DNA from: Balanoglossus misakiensis | Lineage: Eukaryota > Animalia > Hemichordata | Assembly (NCBI GenBank): GCA_040954595.2 | Contig: CM082583.2 | Coordinates: 1,622,925-1,686,924 of the forward strand | Direction of reading: 5' to 3' | Length of the DNA stretch: 64,000 nucleotides | In this document: piece after piece, positions 14,536 through 27,221 of the stretch | Layout: the number at the start of each line of letters is the position of its first letter | How positions within the stretch are numbered: position 1 is the stretch's first letter | Translations under genes and position numbers: made by a program | The notes under the pieces: model-generated | Told to the model about the DNA's origin: nothing | Databases searched by the model: none | The model's input: the letters and a program-made list of their open reading frames with translations, nothing else

Positions 14536-17500
14536 GATAGATAGATAATTTTTATTATAGTGACTAGTGTTTTTTCAACACCAAGCCACAACGGGCTTAT
14601 TAGTCACTTTAAACAAAAAGAAATACATATTCATCTGAGTTGCTGTTCATGATACACACACAAAAATGAAGTAAAAACTACACAGGTATCTGAAAAATCT
14701 CGCACAGAAATTGCAGACAAAAAATGTAGGTTGTCAGCGTACTTCGTAGAGTACAGACTGCCGTTTCCAATAAGCTTTAGCAATAAATTTTGATGTGCTT
14801 CGACTCATTTCATTGAGGAGCAGTTTTAGTTTCTCTATTTCTGACAAATCTTGGAACTCTGAAAAATGCTTACTGGTAATATCAAATAAATGCTCTCGAT
14901 ATTCAGTATATAAGGTACAGTGCAAAAGAAAATGAAATTCGTCTTCCACTGCATTCTCTGAACAAAATATGCAAGTTCTATCATTTAAAGCTTCCCCTTT
15001 AAATCTGCCTGTTTCTACTCGTAATGGCAAAATTCCTAATCTGAGTTGAGCTAGGAAAGAGCGTTTACTACGATCCAGAATACATGAAAGATATGATTCT
15101 TTTCCATAGCACGTTTTAAAATGTCTATAAGTACGCAGTTTTGGAATGTTAATAATATTGTTTGACCAAGAAGCAATTGTATCAGCATGGAGCTTTTCTT
15201 TTAAGTGATCAATGTCACAAATTCCCCCATTTTCTAGTACATCAATGTCCACAGAATTAAAAATTTCATTCATTTCAAAACTCCAATTATTTATGCATAA
15301 CGAATTATCCCACATGAAAATACGCTTACACAATCTTTGTTCGTCCATTTTGACCAACCTATTCCAAAGTCTAGCCATGTTAACATAATGCCTAGTTTTT
15401 GACGATATCCAGCCAGTGTCTCCAACCACTGCTGCAGTAGGTGCAAATCTATGTACACCAAGATAAAATCTAAGAGCTCTTAATTGAATCTTATTACTAT
15501 TCATGGAATTATTAAAACCCCATATTCCTGAGCAGTAATCCATAATTGGAACGACACAACTGTCATAAAGTTTTGAAAATGTCTTAAATCCCATGTTCTT
15601 GATGGATTTAAATTTAGAACAAATATAACCTAGAGCTCTATTGGCAGATTCTGATAATAACTCCGACATAATTCTGAAATTTAAACATTCATCAAATATA
15701 ACCCCGAGATATTTACAATTCTTAACATAATCAATTTTCACTCCTGACATATAAAACATGAAATCACTTCTAGCATATGACCTTTTTCTAAAATGAACAA
15801 CGTGAGATTTCTTGATATTTATCTGAAGTCGCCACTTTATACACCAGTCCGTAATAAAATCCAACATTTGCTGCATATTTTCTTCATTATCAGAGATAAC
15901 TGCAATGTCATCAGCATATAATAAGATAGACACATTATCACCACCGATCTGTACTCCTTTTTGAAGATTTTTCAGACCAACTGCCAAATCATTGATAAAC
16001 AAAGCAAACAACGTTGGTGATAAGTTGTCACCCTGTCTAACACCAATGTCTGTGTTAAACCAATCAGAATAACAGTTGTTAACCTTTACACACGCTGAAG
16101 TATTTGAGTACATGGCAGAAATCGAATTATACATCTTACCATTAATGTTGTTAATTAAAAGTTTATAAAGAAGAAGGTTTCTGTCAACAAAGTCAAAGGC
16201 CTTTTGTAGGTCAACAAAAGTAACAAAGGTGGAAAGATTATTGTTAAGCCTATTTCTAATAATAGAGGTTAAAGTATAAACATGATCTTCACATGACCTA
16301 TCTTTACGAAACCCATTCTGTTCATCTACAAGCAAATTGTTGTTATCAAGAAAACATATTAATCTATTGTTTAATACAGCACTATATATTTTTGAAATTA
16401 CAGAAATTAAACTTATACCCCTGTAATTAAGTGGGACTCTAGCATCACTTGTTTTACATTTCAAAATCGGTAAAATAATACTTTTCCTCCAAGCACAAGG
16501 TATTTTGCCCGAGTCAAAACACAGTTGGAACAAGTGAACAAGGACACTGATAACGTTATCACGTTTCAACACCTCATATGGTATTTTGTCCACACCTGGG
16601 GCTTTTTTATTTTTTCCCTTCATAACAGCTTTTTTAACCTCCAAAAAGGTAAAATTCCTATTGATCACATGATTTTGTTCAAAAAGGGGATCTAACTGGT
16701 TATTTTCTAAAACCAATTTATGATGCACAGTAGTTCTATAAAATTCGTCATCGAATAACACCTGGTCATTTCTGTCCCCATTATATAAAGTAGAAAAATC
16801 ATGCTGCCAGGTGTTTAAAACCTGCTCGGGGTCACATATAATCTCATTAGCCTCATTATAAGCTTCCATTGGAATGTTATTTTTGCTCTTTTTACCCGGT
16901 CCAATACGCTCTATGTGATCCCAAAATTTCCTAGGGTTGTTTGTACAAATTTCTTCGATATCTAATTGAACACCCCTCATATAGTTACGTTCATGGAAAC
17001 GTAAACGCTTGTCAAATAAATGTTGAGCATTTTTAAAATCTGCTCTGAGAATGTGATAACCTGTTTGACCTCTATTTCGCTTCATAAACTCCTTTTCTTT
17101 AAGTCTCATAATCTGCCACAGTGTCTTCAACTCTTCATTCCAGAACGGTTTGTTAGATATGAACCGTTTTCTGGTCTGTTTAGTACAATCAAAATGTGGG
17201 ATAGATTCGTCCATATTGGCTATTATGCAATCACTGAGCTCTGTATATATGGCATCGATGTTGGTTTGATTTTCAACAACACTTTCTATCCGGTCAATCA
17301 TAAGCAAAAGGGCATTTTTAGTAGTCTCTGATTGCATAAAATCAACTGGCATAGAATCTAACCGATATTTCCTACAGGTTTGTTCACCATTGATACGATT
17401 TGGTAGCCCAGGTGTACAATCATTAGTACCAGGTCTAACCAAGAACCTAAAGCTGAGAATGGAGTGGTCAGGAATTTTACTACGCTCATTAAGAAAGTGA

Positions 17501-18133
17501 AATAAACCATGGTTTTCCACAAAGTCGGACATTTTCTGGACTTCAAAATCTGTACAGAGTGCAGCAGAGTCATGAGGAACAGCGATAAAATCCACGACTG
17601 CCTTGCCACGAGTTGAAACAGATGTGAAGTCATTACACTCATTTGAATATCGACCGTTCAATACATGCATTCTTGCGTCGTTCAGAAATTCTATGAAAGA
17701 GTGACCGTGCTGATTTACATACGTATCAAGCACCTGCCTTATTGGAATATTATCATCAACACCCATTATTGAGTCATGCAATGCACCGATTCGAGCATTG
17801 AGGTCACCGCAAATTATAACGCTGTCAACGTCATCTAATAAATACAGTTCATTCAAAAGATAACCAAAAAAAGACGTAGCATCTCTACCCCAAGGGGAGT
17901 TTTCTGGTGGTAAATAACATGTGAACAGTACAAAAGTAAAATCGGTTACTTTGTGAACGAATTTCAAACCAAGAATTCCCTCATAACCGGAGCTAACAAC
18001 AGAAATGAAAAACTCTTGATCAAGATTTTTCTTAACGAGAATTCCCACACCCCCAAATGTTCTGGTGGACCTTACATGAGTTTGTTGTCTATTTTTTCCA
18101 AACCAATGATATCCGTCAACTTGTATGGAAGCA
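14536..18133 (-). mobile_element. 5'-truncated non-LTR retrotransposon (APE-RT LINE, RTE-X/L2-like)
   Basis: 11-bp TSD TTAGAATGATA (14525-14535 and 18134-18144). 3' AATAAA followed by a (TATC)n tail. Intact ORF2. Confidence 0.92.
14734..18048 (-). CDS. LINE ORF2: APE endonuclease, reverse transcriptase and C-terminal CCHC
   Basis: EN motifs GDLNAR and PDH; RT motifs QNGFR, FVDLQKAFD, GVRQGDNLSP, LLYADD, YLGV; C-terminal ETGR..CxxC..EDEFHFLLHC. The frame stays open upstream (IQVDGYHWFGKNR) to the truncation point at ~18133. Confidence 0.95.
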   Translation of the reverse strand: MGILVKKNLDQEFFISVVSSGYEGILGLKFVHKVTDFTFVLFTCYLPPENSPWGRDATSFFGYLLNELYLLDDVDSVIICGDLNARIGALHDSIMGVDDNIPIRQVLDTYVNQHGHSFIEFLNDARMHVLNGRYSNECNDFTSVSTRGKAVVDFIAVPHDSAALCTDFEVQKMSDFVENHGLFHFLNERSKIPDHSILSFRFLVRPGTNDCTPGLPNRINGEQTCRKYRLDSMPVDFMQSETTKNALLLMIDRIESVVENQTNIDAIYTELSDCIIANMDESIPHFDCTKQTRKRFISNKPFWNEELKTLWQIMRLKEKEFMKRNRGQTGYHILRADFKNAQHLFDKRLRFHERNYMRGVQLDIEEICTNNPRKFWDHIERIGPGKKSKNNIPMEAYNEANEIICDPEQVLNTWQHDFSTLYNGDRNDQVLFDDEFYRTTVHHKLVLENNQLDPLFEQNHVINRNFTFLEVKKAVMKGKNKKAPGVDKIPYEVLKRDNVISVLVHLFQLCFDSGKIPCAWRKSIILPILKCKTSDARVPLNYRGISLISVISKIYSAVLNNRLICFLDNNNLLVDEQNGFRKDRSCEDHVYTLTSIIRNRLNNNLSTFVTFVDLQKAFDFVDRNLLLYKLLINNINGKMYNSISAMYSNTSACVKVNNCYSDWFNTDIGVRQGDNLSPTLFALFINDLAVGLKNLQKGVQIGGDNVSILLYADDIAVISDNEENMQQMLDFITDWCIKWRLQINIKKSHVVHFRKRSYARSDFMFYMSGVKIDYVKNCKYLGVIFDECLNFRIMSELLSESANRALGYICSKFKSIKNMGFKTFSKLYDSCVVPIMDYCSGIWGFNNSMNSNKIQLRALRFYLGVHRFAPTAAVVGDTGWISSKTRHYVNMARLWNRLVKMDEQRLCKRIFMWDNSLCINNWSFEMNEIFNSVDIDVLENGGICDIDHLKEKLHADTIASWSNNIINIPKLRTYRHFKTCYGKESYLSCILDRSKRSFLAQLRLGILPLRVETGRFKGEALNDRTCIFCSENAVEDEFHFLLHCTLYTEYREHLFDITSKHFSEFQDLSEIEKLKLLLNEMSRSTSKFIAKAYWKRQSVLYEVR

Positions 18134-18918
18134 TTAGAATGATAACTGAATCAAATCATAGCTGAATTAGTTTTTTTTTTTATTTTGTTTGATATTTTTT
18201 CCTTATACCTCAAAAATTGTTATTATAAAAGGGAAATTACCATTACATAGTTGTTTGCAATTAAGGAGGACCCCCTCCCCCACTGAAAATCGTATACACC
18301 TTGATCTCTCTATGTCTGTATTCATGTCTGTATGTATGTTTTACAAATGTATGCTCCCAATAAGAGTGAAATGATTTTTTTTATCGTAATACTTCTAAAG
18401 TGATTATTTCCTATGAGATATGCAGTCTTATTACCTAATCGTTTCTGAAATTCTACCTCATGCTGTGTATGAAAAGTCTAATATATGTCATTGTCAAGAT
18501 CCCCAAAACAGGCTGATATAGTATCACATAACATTTGATAAAAGTATCCTAAACAGTGTGGCAATTTTGGTATACAGAAAAAAACACTAGAATGACAACA
18601 GCTACATGTATGTAGGCTAGCAATAGGAACACAGATAACAATTCTCCATATTCATTTTTAAATACGATAAGATTCGCTGAAATTGGCACATCTGTGTGCA
18701 GGCAAAGTCAGTTCCAACTCGGCTTGCAAATCGGACCAATGTCTCTTGTTCGCTGAGACTGTATGGTTCTAGTAATAGCTGTAAGAACTTGATCATTGAC
18801 CAAACTCTTGGTTCAATTTTGCAACATTTTATGATTTCAAGCTGTACATATTTAACTCCGTTTCAACTATAGTTGGAGGGATAATAATGGAGCCATTTCA
18901 CTGACAAAATAGCGCTTA

Positions 18919-19745
18919 GGGACCATTCAGTTTTTACGGTGGGGGGAGGCTGGCAAAATCCAGGGGGTCACTTAAATTTTGAAATCCAAAAGAGGGAGTC
19001 ATCTTTTTTTCAAACGTTTAGGGGGGAGGTCATATACATGTACCCACCGATGCTAACTTTGAGTGGAGTAGCAACAGTAAAATTGGTCCTTTCAAACATT
19101 GAGATAATTTGCTTTTGACTTCATTAAAATGCAACTTTGAGCTACATATTTTACAAAGTTTTCTTATGTGGAAGGGGGACATCCCCTCCCACACCCATCC
19201 CCTTATTTCTTCGCCACATATAGTGTACCAGGGCAGAATACTTGCCATCCCACCCCCACTGATGTTAACTTTGAGTGGCAAAAGTCAAATTTTTCCTCCC
19301 CAACATTAAGTTAATTTGCCTTTGAGTTCATTAAAATGCATTAATTGTATTTTACAAAATTGTCCTACGTACACCCACCCCTTCCACTTTTCTTGTTTTA
19401 CCAATTCTACCAACTATTGTATTGACGTGTCCTTTTAATTTATCCATAGACCTTCTTTATTGCAACGCTATACTATTATACACTTCAAGTTATAAATTTC
19501 TTTAAGAAATTTAGAATTGAGGTGTGAGGAGACCCTTTACCTTTATTGCATACAGTCAGTGTACATAAGATAAGGATGGCAAATGTTTTCGGGGTGGGAG
19601 GAGGGTCATCATATTTTGGTCCTGTCAAAGGGGGGGGGGGGTCATCATTTTTTTGGTCCTGGTTGAAGGGGGTGTCGGCCTGATTTTGAAAACCAATGAC
19701 ACAAACTTTTGCCCCCCCCCCCCTCCACCAAAACTGAACAGTCCC
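18919..19745. mobile_element. MITE with GGGAC termini and TTA TSD (Zator/Harbinger-like)
   Basis: GGGACCATTCAGTTTT / AAAACTGAACAGTCCC imperfect TIRs flanked by TTA. It interrupts the repeat whose empty copy lies at ~3525-3555. Confidence 0.8.
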
Positions 19746-22551
19746 TTACTAAAGGACGTCAATGTCTGTTTACAGTCAAATGCATTGCCATCAGAAAAAA
19801 AAATGCAAACAATTTCTTATGTTTGTAGTACGCACTTTTTGTATATCTGTAAACTGTGTCTCAGTTGTGAAATTCTAAGGAAATTTGTTCCTTGGGTAGA
19901 ATAAAGGATTCTTAAACAAACTTAGTCACGAAAGCTAAATGGTTACCTCAGAGAAACTGTGTTAAATTTGGTCATCATTGTTTTAAATCACACAAGACAT
20001 TCCCACAGCTAAGTTACTGCAGCAGTCAGTTTCAACTCAGCTTGCAAATTGGGATCATGTCTTGTGTTCATCGAGACTGTCTGTAGTCGAGTTGACAGTC
20101 ACTACAACTGTATTGCAAATATGTCAGGGTTGGGCAACTCTTCTAATTTGCATTTGAACACCTTTTCTGTTTGCGTCAAAATGATGAATAATGTTTCGTT
20201 TTCAAGAATGCCTTAATATGGGCACCCAATACAAGACAACTGCATTGCAAATGGCATTTTCATTCAACTCTCCTGGGTACCTAAAACAATTTCAACATGG
20301 TTGACATGGCAATATTAGACAACTGTTCTAATTTGCATAATCCAAAATGGCCGCCAAATTTCTCTAACATGTTAATTTCCCATATTTGTTTTAAATGGTG
20401 TGTAATATCGAATTTGCAGGGTTTCCATTAATATGGGTACCTAAAACAATTTCAACATGGTTGACATGGCAATATTAGACAACTGCTCTAATTTGCATAA
20501 TTCAAACACCTGCTGGATAATTTAACTTTTGCCATTCTTGTCCCATGATTGTATGTATTATATCTCATAACAGGCAATTAAGTGTGCTAATTGTCAAGCC
20601 AATCTTAATTCTTCATCTGCACCACAAATCAGATGCAAGGTTTAGGACTGGGAGTGTATGTGGGAGCAGCATATAGGGGCCTACAGGTATCTTTAATGGC
20701 AAGTCCTCGGTTAAAGCCAGAAGGTTTTCAGGTTGTAGGCCTCTATTGTATCTGCAACAGTTTCTATCACCTCCATCCCACTGGCCGGCACCCGAGGGGG
20801 GGGGGGGGGGTACTTGAAATTTTTTCGGATGGTAGTCTGTCGCCCCAGTCGATAACATCAACACGTGTAAATGCCCAAAACCCGACCTATTTGTATTATA
20901 AGTCAAATTTTCTGGTCATTTACCCCAAGTTTTTCTTAAAGACTACATACCTATACACCTTTGTATGGGAGAACACATCCCCCACCCCCCTGCCAACACT
21001 AATTGGACAACTTTATTCTTGTTATACTTCTTTATAAGTCTAAATGTTCAGTAAGAAAAGGCAACAAGTTATTGAAGCTGCTGACCATGCAAACTATGAT
21101 GAAGTATATTTTTTTCCTAGCTGTACATGTACAGTATAATTGGCCCAATGTACCAATTGGAGATGTGTGCCTTACAAGCAACACGGGTTGTATATCCAAG
21201 CCTTGTCTGTTGGCACTATGAAGGGTATTGGAAGAATGTCTCTACTGGCCACTTTGGCCAGCCACTTTTGGCCAGCAGACTATCAAAAGGGTCAAGAAAA
21301 TAGCCCTAAAAGGTATGGCACTGTATGCAAATCTAGTGCAGGAGTGGATTGATACATTTCCCATCACTGTACATGCATCATCCTGTATGGATGATATGTA
21401 CTCTAGCATTATGCACCAGATAAAAATGGTCAAAATTGCAAAAAAAGGAGATGAAACTCCCACTGGCCTTTAACGCAATCCATAGATAAAGAGACAACAT
21501 GTTCAGGCATTGGATCTAAACATGGTGGATACTGACGAGGGTGTGGTGAATGATGGTGAATCCCTGGATGTTTTGAGGTCGGAATTCTGAAAAGGATTCC
21601 CATCATGAGATTGAGGAACAGGATGATGCAGAGGGGCTGGCTCTTTGTGACTCCTATCAGTGGGGATAGACATATATTTGGGATACAGAGGTTGCACTTC
21701 CTTGCTTCATGATTAGTACGGTAACGCTGCCAAATTTGCAACACAGTTGTATTGTTAAAGGTACCCATATGAATGTGCTAATCCTGAAAATACGATATTG
21801 CGCATCATTTTGGGAAACATGGCAAAATTTCACTTTTAGTGGTGATTGGCGGCCATTTTTGATTATGCAAAATAGAAAAGTTGCCAAACACTGCCATATT
21901 TGCAATACACAACCAATATGGATGCAAATCCTGAAATTTTAGATATTACACATAATTTTGAGAAAAAAGGGCCAAGTTTTATTTTAGAGAAGGTATTTGG
22001 CGGCCATTTTTGATCATGCATATTAGAAGAATTGTCCAACATTGCCATTTTGGCAACTCAGCTGGAATAGGTCTAGGCTCCCATATGAATGCCAATAAGC
22101 AAAAAACTTCATAGGAAAGAAAATTTCTAGGTAGGAAAATTTTGACTCAACTTCTGGTTCTAATAATAGGTGTAAGGATGTGATCGTTTGATTTTGCAAC
22201 ATTTTACAATTTCAAGCTGTGTGTATTTAACTCTGGTGCAATTCTGGTTGGAGAGACAAATGGCTTAAGCCATTTAATTGAAAATATAGCACTACTTCAC
22301 CAGGGTTGTGCAGTACCTTTGACAACGCTTTGAACAATGTTGCAAAAAGCTTTGTGTTGAAGCTTGCTACAAGACTTGGCGTGCTGAAGCCTCTTATACT
22401 AGTCTTAGTTGAACCTCAGCTGTAACTACGTTTGTGAAACCTTAACATTCAAATCTTTGGCCAAAGTTAGTGTTGCAAAGCTTCTTCAAAGTTTTGTGAA
22501 CCTCAACAATGCTTTTCTATAGAAACCTTTAAACATGCGGGGGGGGGGGGG

Positions 22552-22755
22552 TGTAGTATTCTGACAGCTACGATCAATATAGCGCCCTCTAGTGTTGCAT
22601 TGTTGGTGTTCCACTTGTTTATGAATTGCTGTACGACGTCACTTCCGCCCAGATAAGGCGAAGCACATTGTTGAGTCTTTTCAGCCGATCAATAAATAGG
22701 TTGTTGTTATACCTTATGATCGCATTATTATTCCCATGTTGATGGAAACATAACA
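22552..22755 (+). repeat. 5' LTR (204 bp)
   Basis: TGTAGTATT...ACATAACA, containing AATAAA. Identical by eye to 27222-27425. Confidence 0.97.
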
Positions 22756-22769
22756 TGGTGGCAGCGGTG
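22756..22769 (+). promoter_or_regulatory. Primer binding site for tRNA-Leu
   Basis: TGGTGGCAGCGGTG directly after the LTR, complementary to the 3' end of metazoan tRNA-Leu (…CACCGCTGCCACCA). Confidence 0.85.
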
Positions 22770-22865
22770 AACGTGAGTGATCAGATGTAAGCAGACTTTA
22801 CACAGTATCGACTACACAAGACACCAAAACTACAGAAGAAAAGACCATCGAACTGACCTGACAAG

Positions 22866-25800
22866 ATGGCGGCCGCACTACAAACGCCCTTCACAGCCCC
22901 AAAGATGGAATGGGACGCGCCAGATCTAGCAATAGCCTTCAGTCGTTTTCGTCAAAAATGTGAGTTAACATTTAAGACAGCACTTAAAGATGCTAACGAT
23001 GAAGAGAAAGCTAGCTACATACTTCTATGGTCCGGTGAACCAGGTCTTGACAAATACAACAGTTGGTCGTTTGAAAATGAAGACCAGCGGAAAGACCCCA
23101 CAGTACTATTCGACAAATTTTCCGAACACTTAGAGCCGAAGTCAAATCATCGCATACATAGATACCAATTCAAAGATATGAGACAAGACCCTGGAGAACC
23201 AGTTGATGATTTCTTTTCGAAATTGAAAAATGAAGCCGCCAAATGCAAATTTGGGGATACAAAAGAACAGGAAGCAAGACTCGTAGATCAGTTGATATGG
23301 GGGATCTGTCACCAAGAAATACAGAAGAAACTTATTGGGCGTGATGAGAAACTTACCTTGAAGGAGGCGCTCGATATAGCTAGAGGTCACGAAGCCACAA
23401 CAAAACACATGAAAACGCTCACAAATTGCCATATTGCTAATCCTGTGGATAGCAAAGCTGTCAATGCAGTAAAAAGGCAGCCCAACAAGACACACCCCAA
23501 ACAATGTAAGCATTTCGGAAAAAAGCATGACACCTCAGTGAAAAGTAACTGCCCAGCATATGGCTCGAAATGCCGAAATTGTGGGAAACCTAATCACTGG
23601 CAGGCGGTATGCCGTTCCAAAACCAGCTCAAGCGAACCGAAGTCACAGCAGAGACGAGGTGGAAAACCAATCCATAATGTGACACGCTCGAGCAGCAACA
23701 TGCATCAAATAGATGATGAAGTCCTAGATGTTGGAACTATCGAAATAAATGCATTGGACAACATCAACAGACAAGAAGAAATATACACGAAACTGACAAT
23801 CACACAGAGCGAAAAGAAAAGGAAAGTAGCACTGAGATGCAAGATTGATACCGGTGCACAGAGCAATATACTGCCCCTCTGCCTTTTCAAGATCATATTT
23901 CCAGAGAAACTGGATAAACACGGAAATCCAAAACGCGGGCACTTGAAGGAAAATAAAACAATCCTTACCGCATATGGAGGTTCCAAAATCAAACAGCTTC
24001 CATGTGAACATAGAGAGAGGAAAATCAGATGCCTCTTCTATGTAACTGACGCCGCAGGCCCAGCCATTTTAGGGTTAAAGGCAAGCAGAGCCTTAAACCT
24101 GATACAAATAAACTGTTCAGTAGAAGCCATACAAGTGCAGGCGAGCCCAGAGTGCAAGACAGCACAGCCTGGAAGAAATGTGGAAGTGGAAAAGAGAAAG
24201 ATGAACGAACAGAAGCCAGCAGGAAGAAACAGAAACCCTGCAGATGACTACATAGACAGTAATACACCCATCAGGGACCGCCCTCCCATAAAGAACAAAG
24301 AACAGTTGCTGAGGATGTACCCTGATTGCTTTGACGACGTGGTCGGATGTTTTGAAAACTACACATACCACATCACTCTTGATCCAGAAGTACAACCAGT
24401 AGTACACCCTGCCCGCAGAGTTCCATTAGAACTAATGGATAGACTCAAAACCGAGCTGCAGGAGATGGAAGATAAGCAAATCATCGCCAAAGTGAACCAG
24501 CCTACGAACTGGGTCAATTCTCTTGTTGTCCGGGAGAAAGACAATGGAAGACTTCGCATTTGTCTGGACCCGAAGGACTTGAACAAAGCCATTAAAAGGG
24601 ATCATTACCCTACACCCACATTGGAGGAGATTACCCCAAAGTTGGCAGGCGCAACACTTTTCAGCAAGCTAGACGCGCGGAACGGATACTGGAATGTAAA
24701 GATCGATGAAGAATCATCCTTCCTGACGACCTTTAACACACCATATGGCCGTTACAGATTCCTACGAATGCCATTTGGGCTAAGGATGAGCCAAGATGTG
24801 TTTCAATTCAAAATTGATGAAACATACAGAGAGTGTGAAGGTGCAGTCGGCATTGCAGACGATATACAAGTCTTCGGATCAGGAGAGCGACACCATGACC
24901 TGCATCTACACGAAGCCATGGAACGAACCAGGAAAGCAGGCATTAAACTGAACAAAGAGAAATGCTACATCAAGACAAAAGAATGTAGTTTCTTTGGCAT
25001 GTTATACACAGAAGACGGAGTTAAACCCAACCCAGAAAAGGTCAAGGCGATAGAGATGATGCATCCGCCTAGAGACAAGACCGAACTGCGCACATTCCTC
25101 GGAATGGTGAACTACATGGGTTCATTCATACCCAGATTAGCTGAACACACAGCACCACTGAGAGAGCTCATCAGAGACGACACTGAGTTTGAGTGGTCTC
25201 CGACACACACAAAGTCTTTCAATATGATCAAGGACCTGATCAGCACAAAGACTACACTTGCTTACTACGACCGTAAGAAGCCTGTCACTCTACAAGTCGA
25301 CGCATCGGGAAAGGGAATCGGAGCGGTGCTCATACAGGAACAGAGACCTATAGCATTTGCGTCCAAGGCCCTGACACCAGCGGAAACCCGATACGCCAAT
25401 ATAGAAAGAGAACTACTCGCGGTAGTCTACGGATGTGAGAAGTTTCGCACATATCTCTACGGCAGAAGTTTCATAGTAAAGAGTGATCATCGACCGTTGG
25501 AGCAAATTCGGAGGAAAAATTTGACCAAGGCACCACCCTGATTACAGAGAATGCTGTTGCGCATACAGCCGTATGATTTCACCATACACTACAAGCCAGG
25601 CAAACAGATGATACTTGCCGATGCACTATCTAGACTGTCACCACAAGATCAGAACGAAATCAGTGACATGAAAGTCCAGATACACCACCTGGTGAAGATC
25701 ACACCAATGAGACAGATGGAGATCAAAGAAGAAACTACCAAAGATGAAATTCTTCAATTATTGATCCAGCAAGTCCTGAAAGGATGGCCAGATAGCATCA

Positions 25801-27002
25801 AGGACATTCACGCTGATATTCGACCCTACTGGTCTATTCGAGACGATATCGCTATCGAAGATGGTATTATCCTGATAGGCAGCCGACTCCTCATACCAGC
25901 AGTAATGAGAGATGAAATGCTACAACGCATTCATAGCAGTCACCTGGGGATCGAGAAATGCAAGCTGAGAGCCAGATCCAGCGTGTACTGGCCTGGAATT
26001 TGTAAAGATATAGAGAGACTAGTAACAGGATGCAACGCGTGCCAGAAATTCCAGAATTCCCAGCAGAAGGAACCGATGATTCCAATGGAAATTCCACCAC
26101 GACCGTGGCACACAATTGGAGCAGACCTATTCTACGTGAACCAAACATGGTACATGATAGTTGCTGACTACTACTCCAAGTTCCCCTTCATTAGGAAACT
26201 TGAAGACCTCAGAGCCAGTACCATTATGAGAGCCCTCCGAATTCTATTTGCAGAGCAAGGAATACCCGAGAAACTAGTTTGTGACAACGGATCTCAGTTT
26301 ACAGCTAGAGACTTCCACAGCCTAACTGAGAAGTATGGTTTTGCGATAGTCACATCATCACCATACTATCCCAAAGGGCACGGTTTTATCGAGCGACATG
26401 TACAGACCGTGAAGAACATCCTGATGAAGTGCAAAGAGTCCGGAGATGATCCGAATCTAGCATTGTTGGCACTTCGCGCGACTCCATTGAAGTCCAACAT
26501 ACCATCACCAGCTGAGTTGCTGAACAGCAGAGCATACAAGACAACTCTCCCAGCCAAAATTCACCCAGCAAGAAACGGGGAGGAAGTTCGTCAATACCTG
26601 ACATCTCAACAGCAGGCCCAGACTTCCAGCCACGACCAGCACTCCAGACAACTACCAGAATTGCTGACAGGTCAACAAGTCCATGTACAAAACCCAATCA
26701 GCAAAACATGGAGTCCAGCGAGAGTTGTAGCCCCAGCAAACACACCTAGGTCCTACACCGTGAAGTTAGACAACGGGAAACAAATGCGACGCAACAGGAT
26801 CCACCTGAAACCAGTCAGCGCAGAACTGAAACCAGCACAGACAGGGATGGATCAACACAATATTGCACCAGCAGTCACAGAGGGAACACCGCCTCAACAA
26901 CCCGCAACGCCAGCGTCACCAGCCCAAGAATCGTTGAGATCAACACGAACCAGAACAAATATACAAAAGCCGTCTCGATACAAAGATTATGTGACTGATT
27001 GA
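22866..27002 (+). pseudogene. Gag-Pol polyprotein interrupted by one in-frame TGA (25539-25541)
   Basis: Gag CCHC CRNCGKPNHWQAVC, protease DTGA, RT LDARNGYW/IADD, RNase H VDAS/ERELL/DHRPL, integrase H-H-C-C and D-D-E. The two track ORFs are in the same frame (APP*LQRMLL). Confidence 0.93.
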
Positions 27003-27208
27003 TAGCTTTTTCTGATATTGAGATACGCCATTTGTTCCACAGAAAGTTGAGTTATACAGAGGAAAATTTATCACATTTTTCCCAGAGTATTTTTCATGTT
27101 CGTTGCGTTTGATTTTGACAAAGACTGATTCAAGATGAATGCAGAGTTTGCACAGGACAATTCACAGTGACATTCGTATTCAAAAAGAGTTTTGAAACAA
27201 TTTATCTT

Positions 27209-27221
27209 AAAGAAGAGGGGA
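27209..27221 (+). promoter_or_regulatory. Polypurine tract
   Basis: AAAGAAGAGGGGA immediately before the 3' LTR. Confidence 0.9.

Noticed and set aside
23142-26697. Minus-strand ORFs inside the Gypsy element
   Set aside because: They are short antisense frames of pol without domain features.
25551-27002. Separate integrase gene
   Set aside because: It is in frame with the upstream Gag-Pol and separated only by one nonsense codon.
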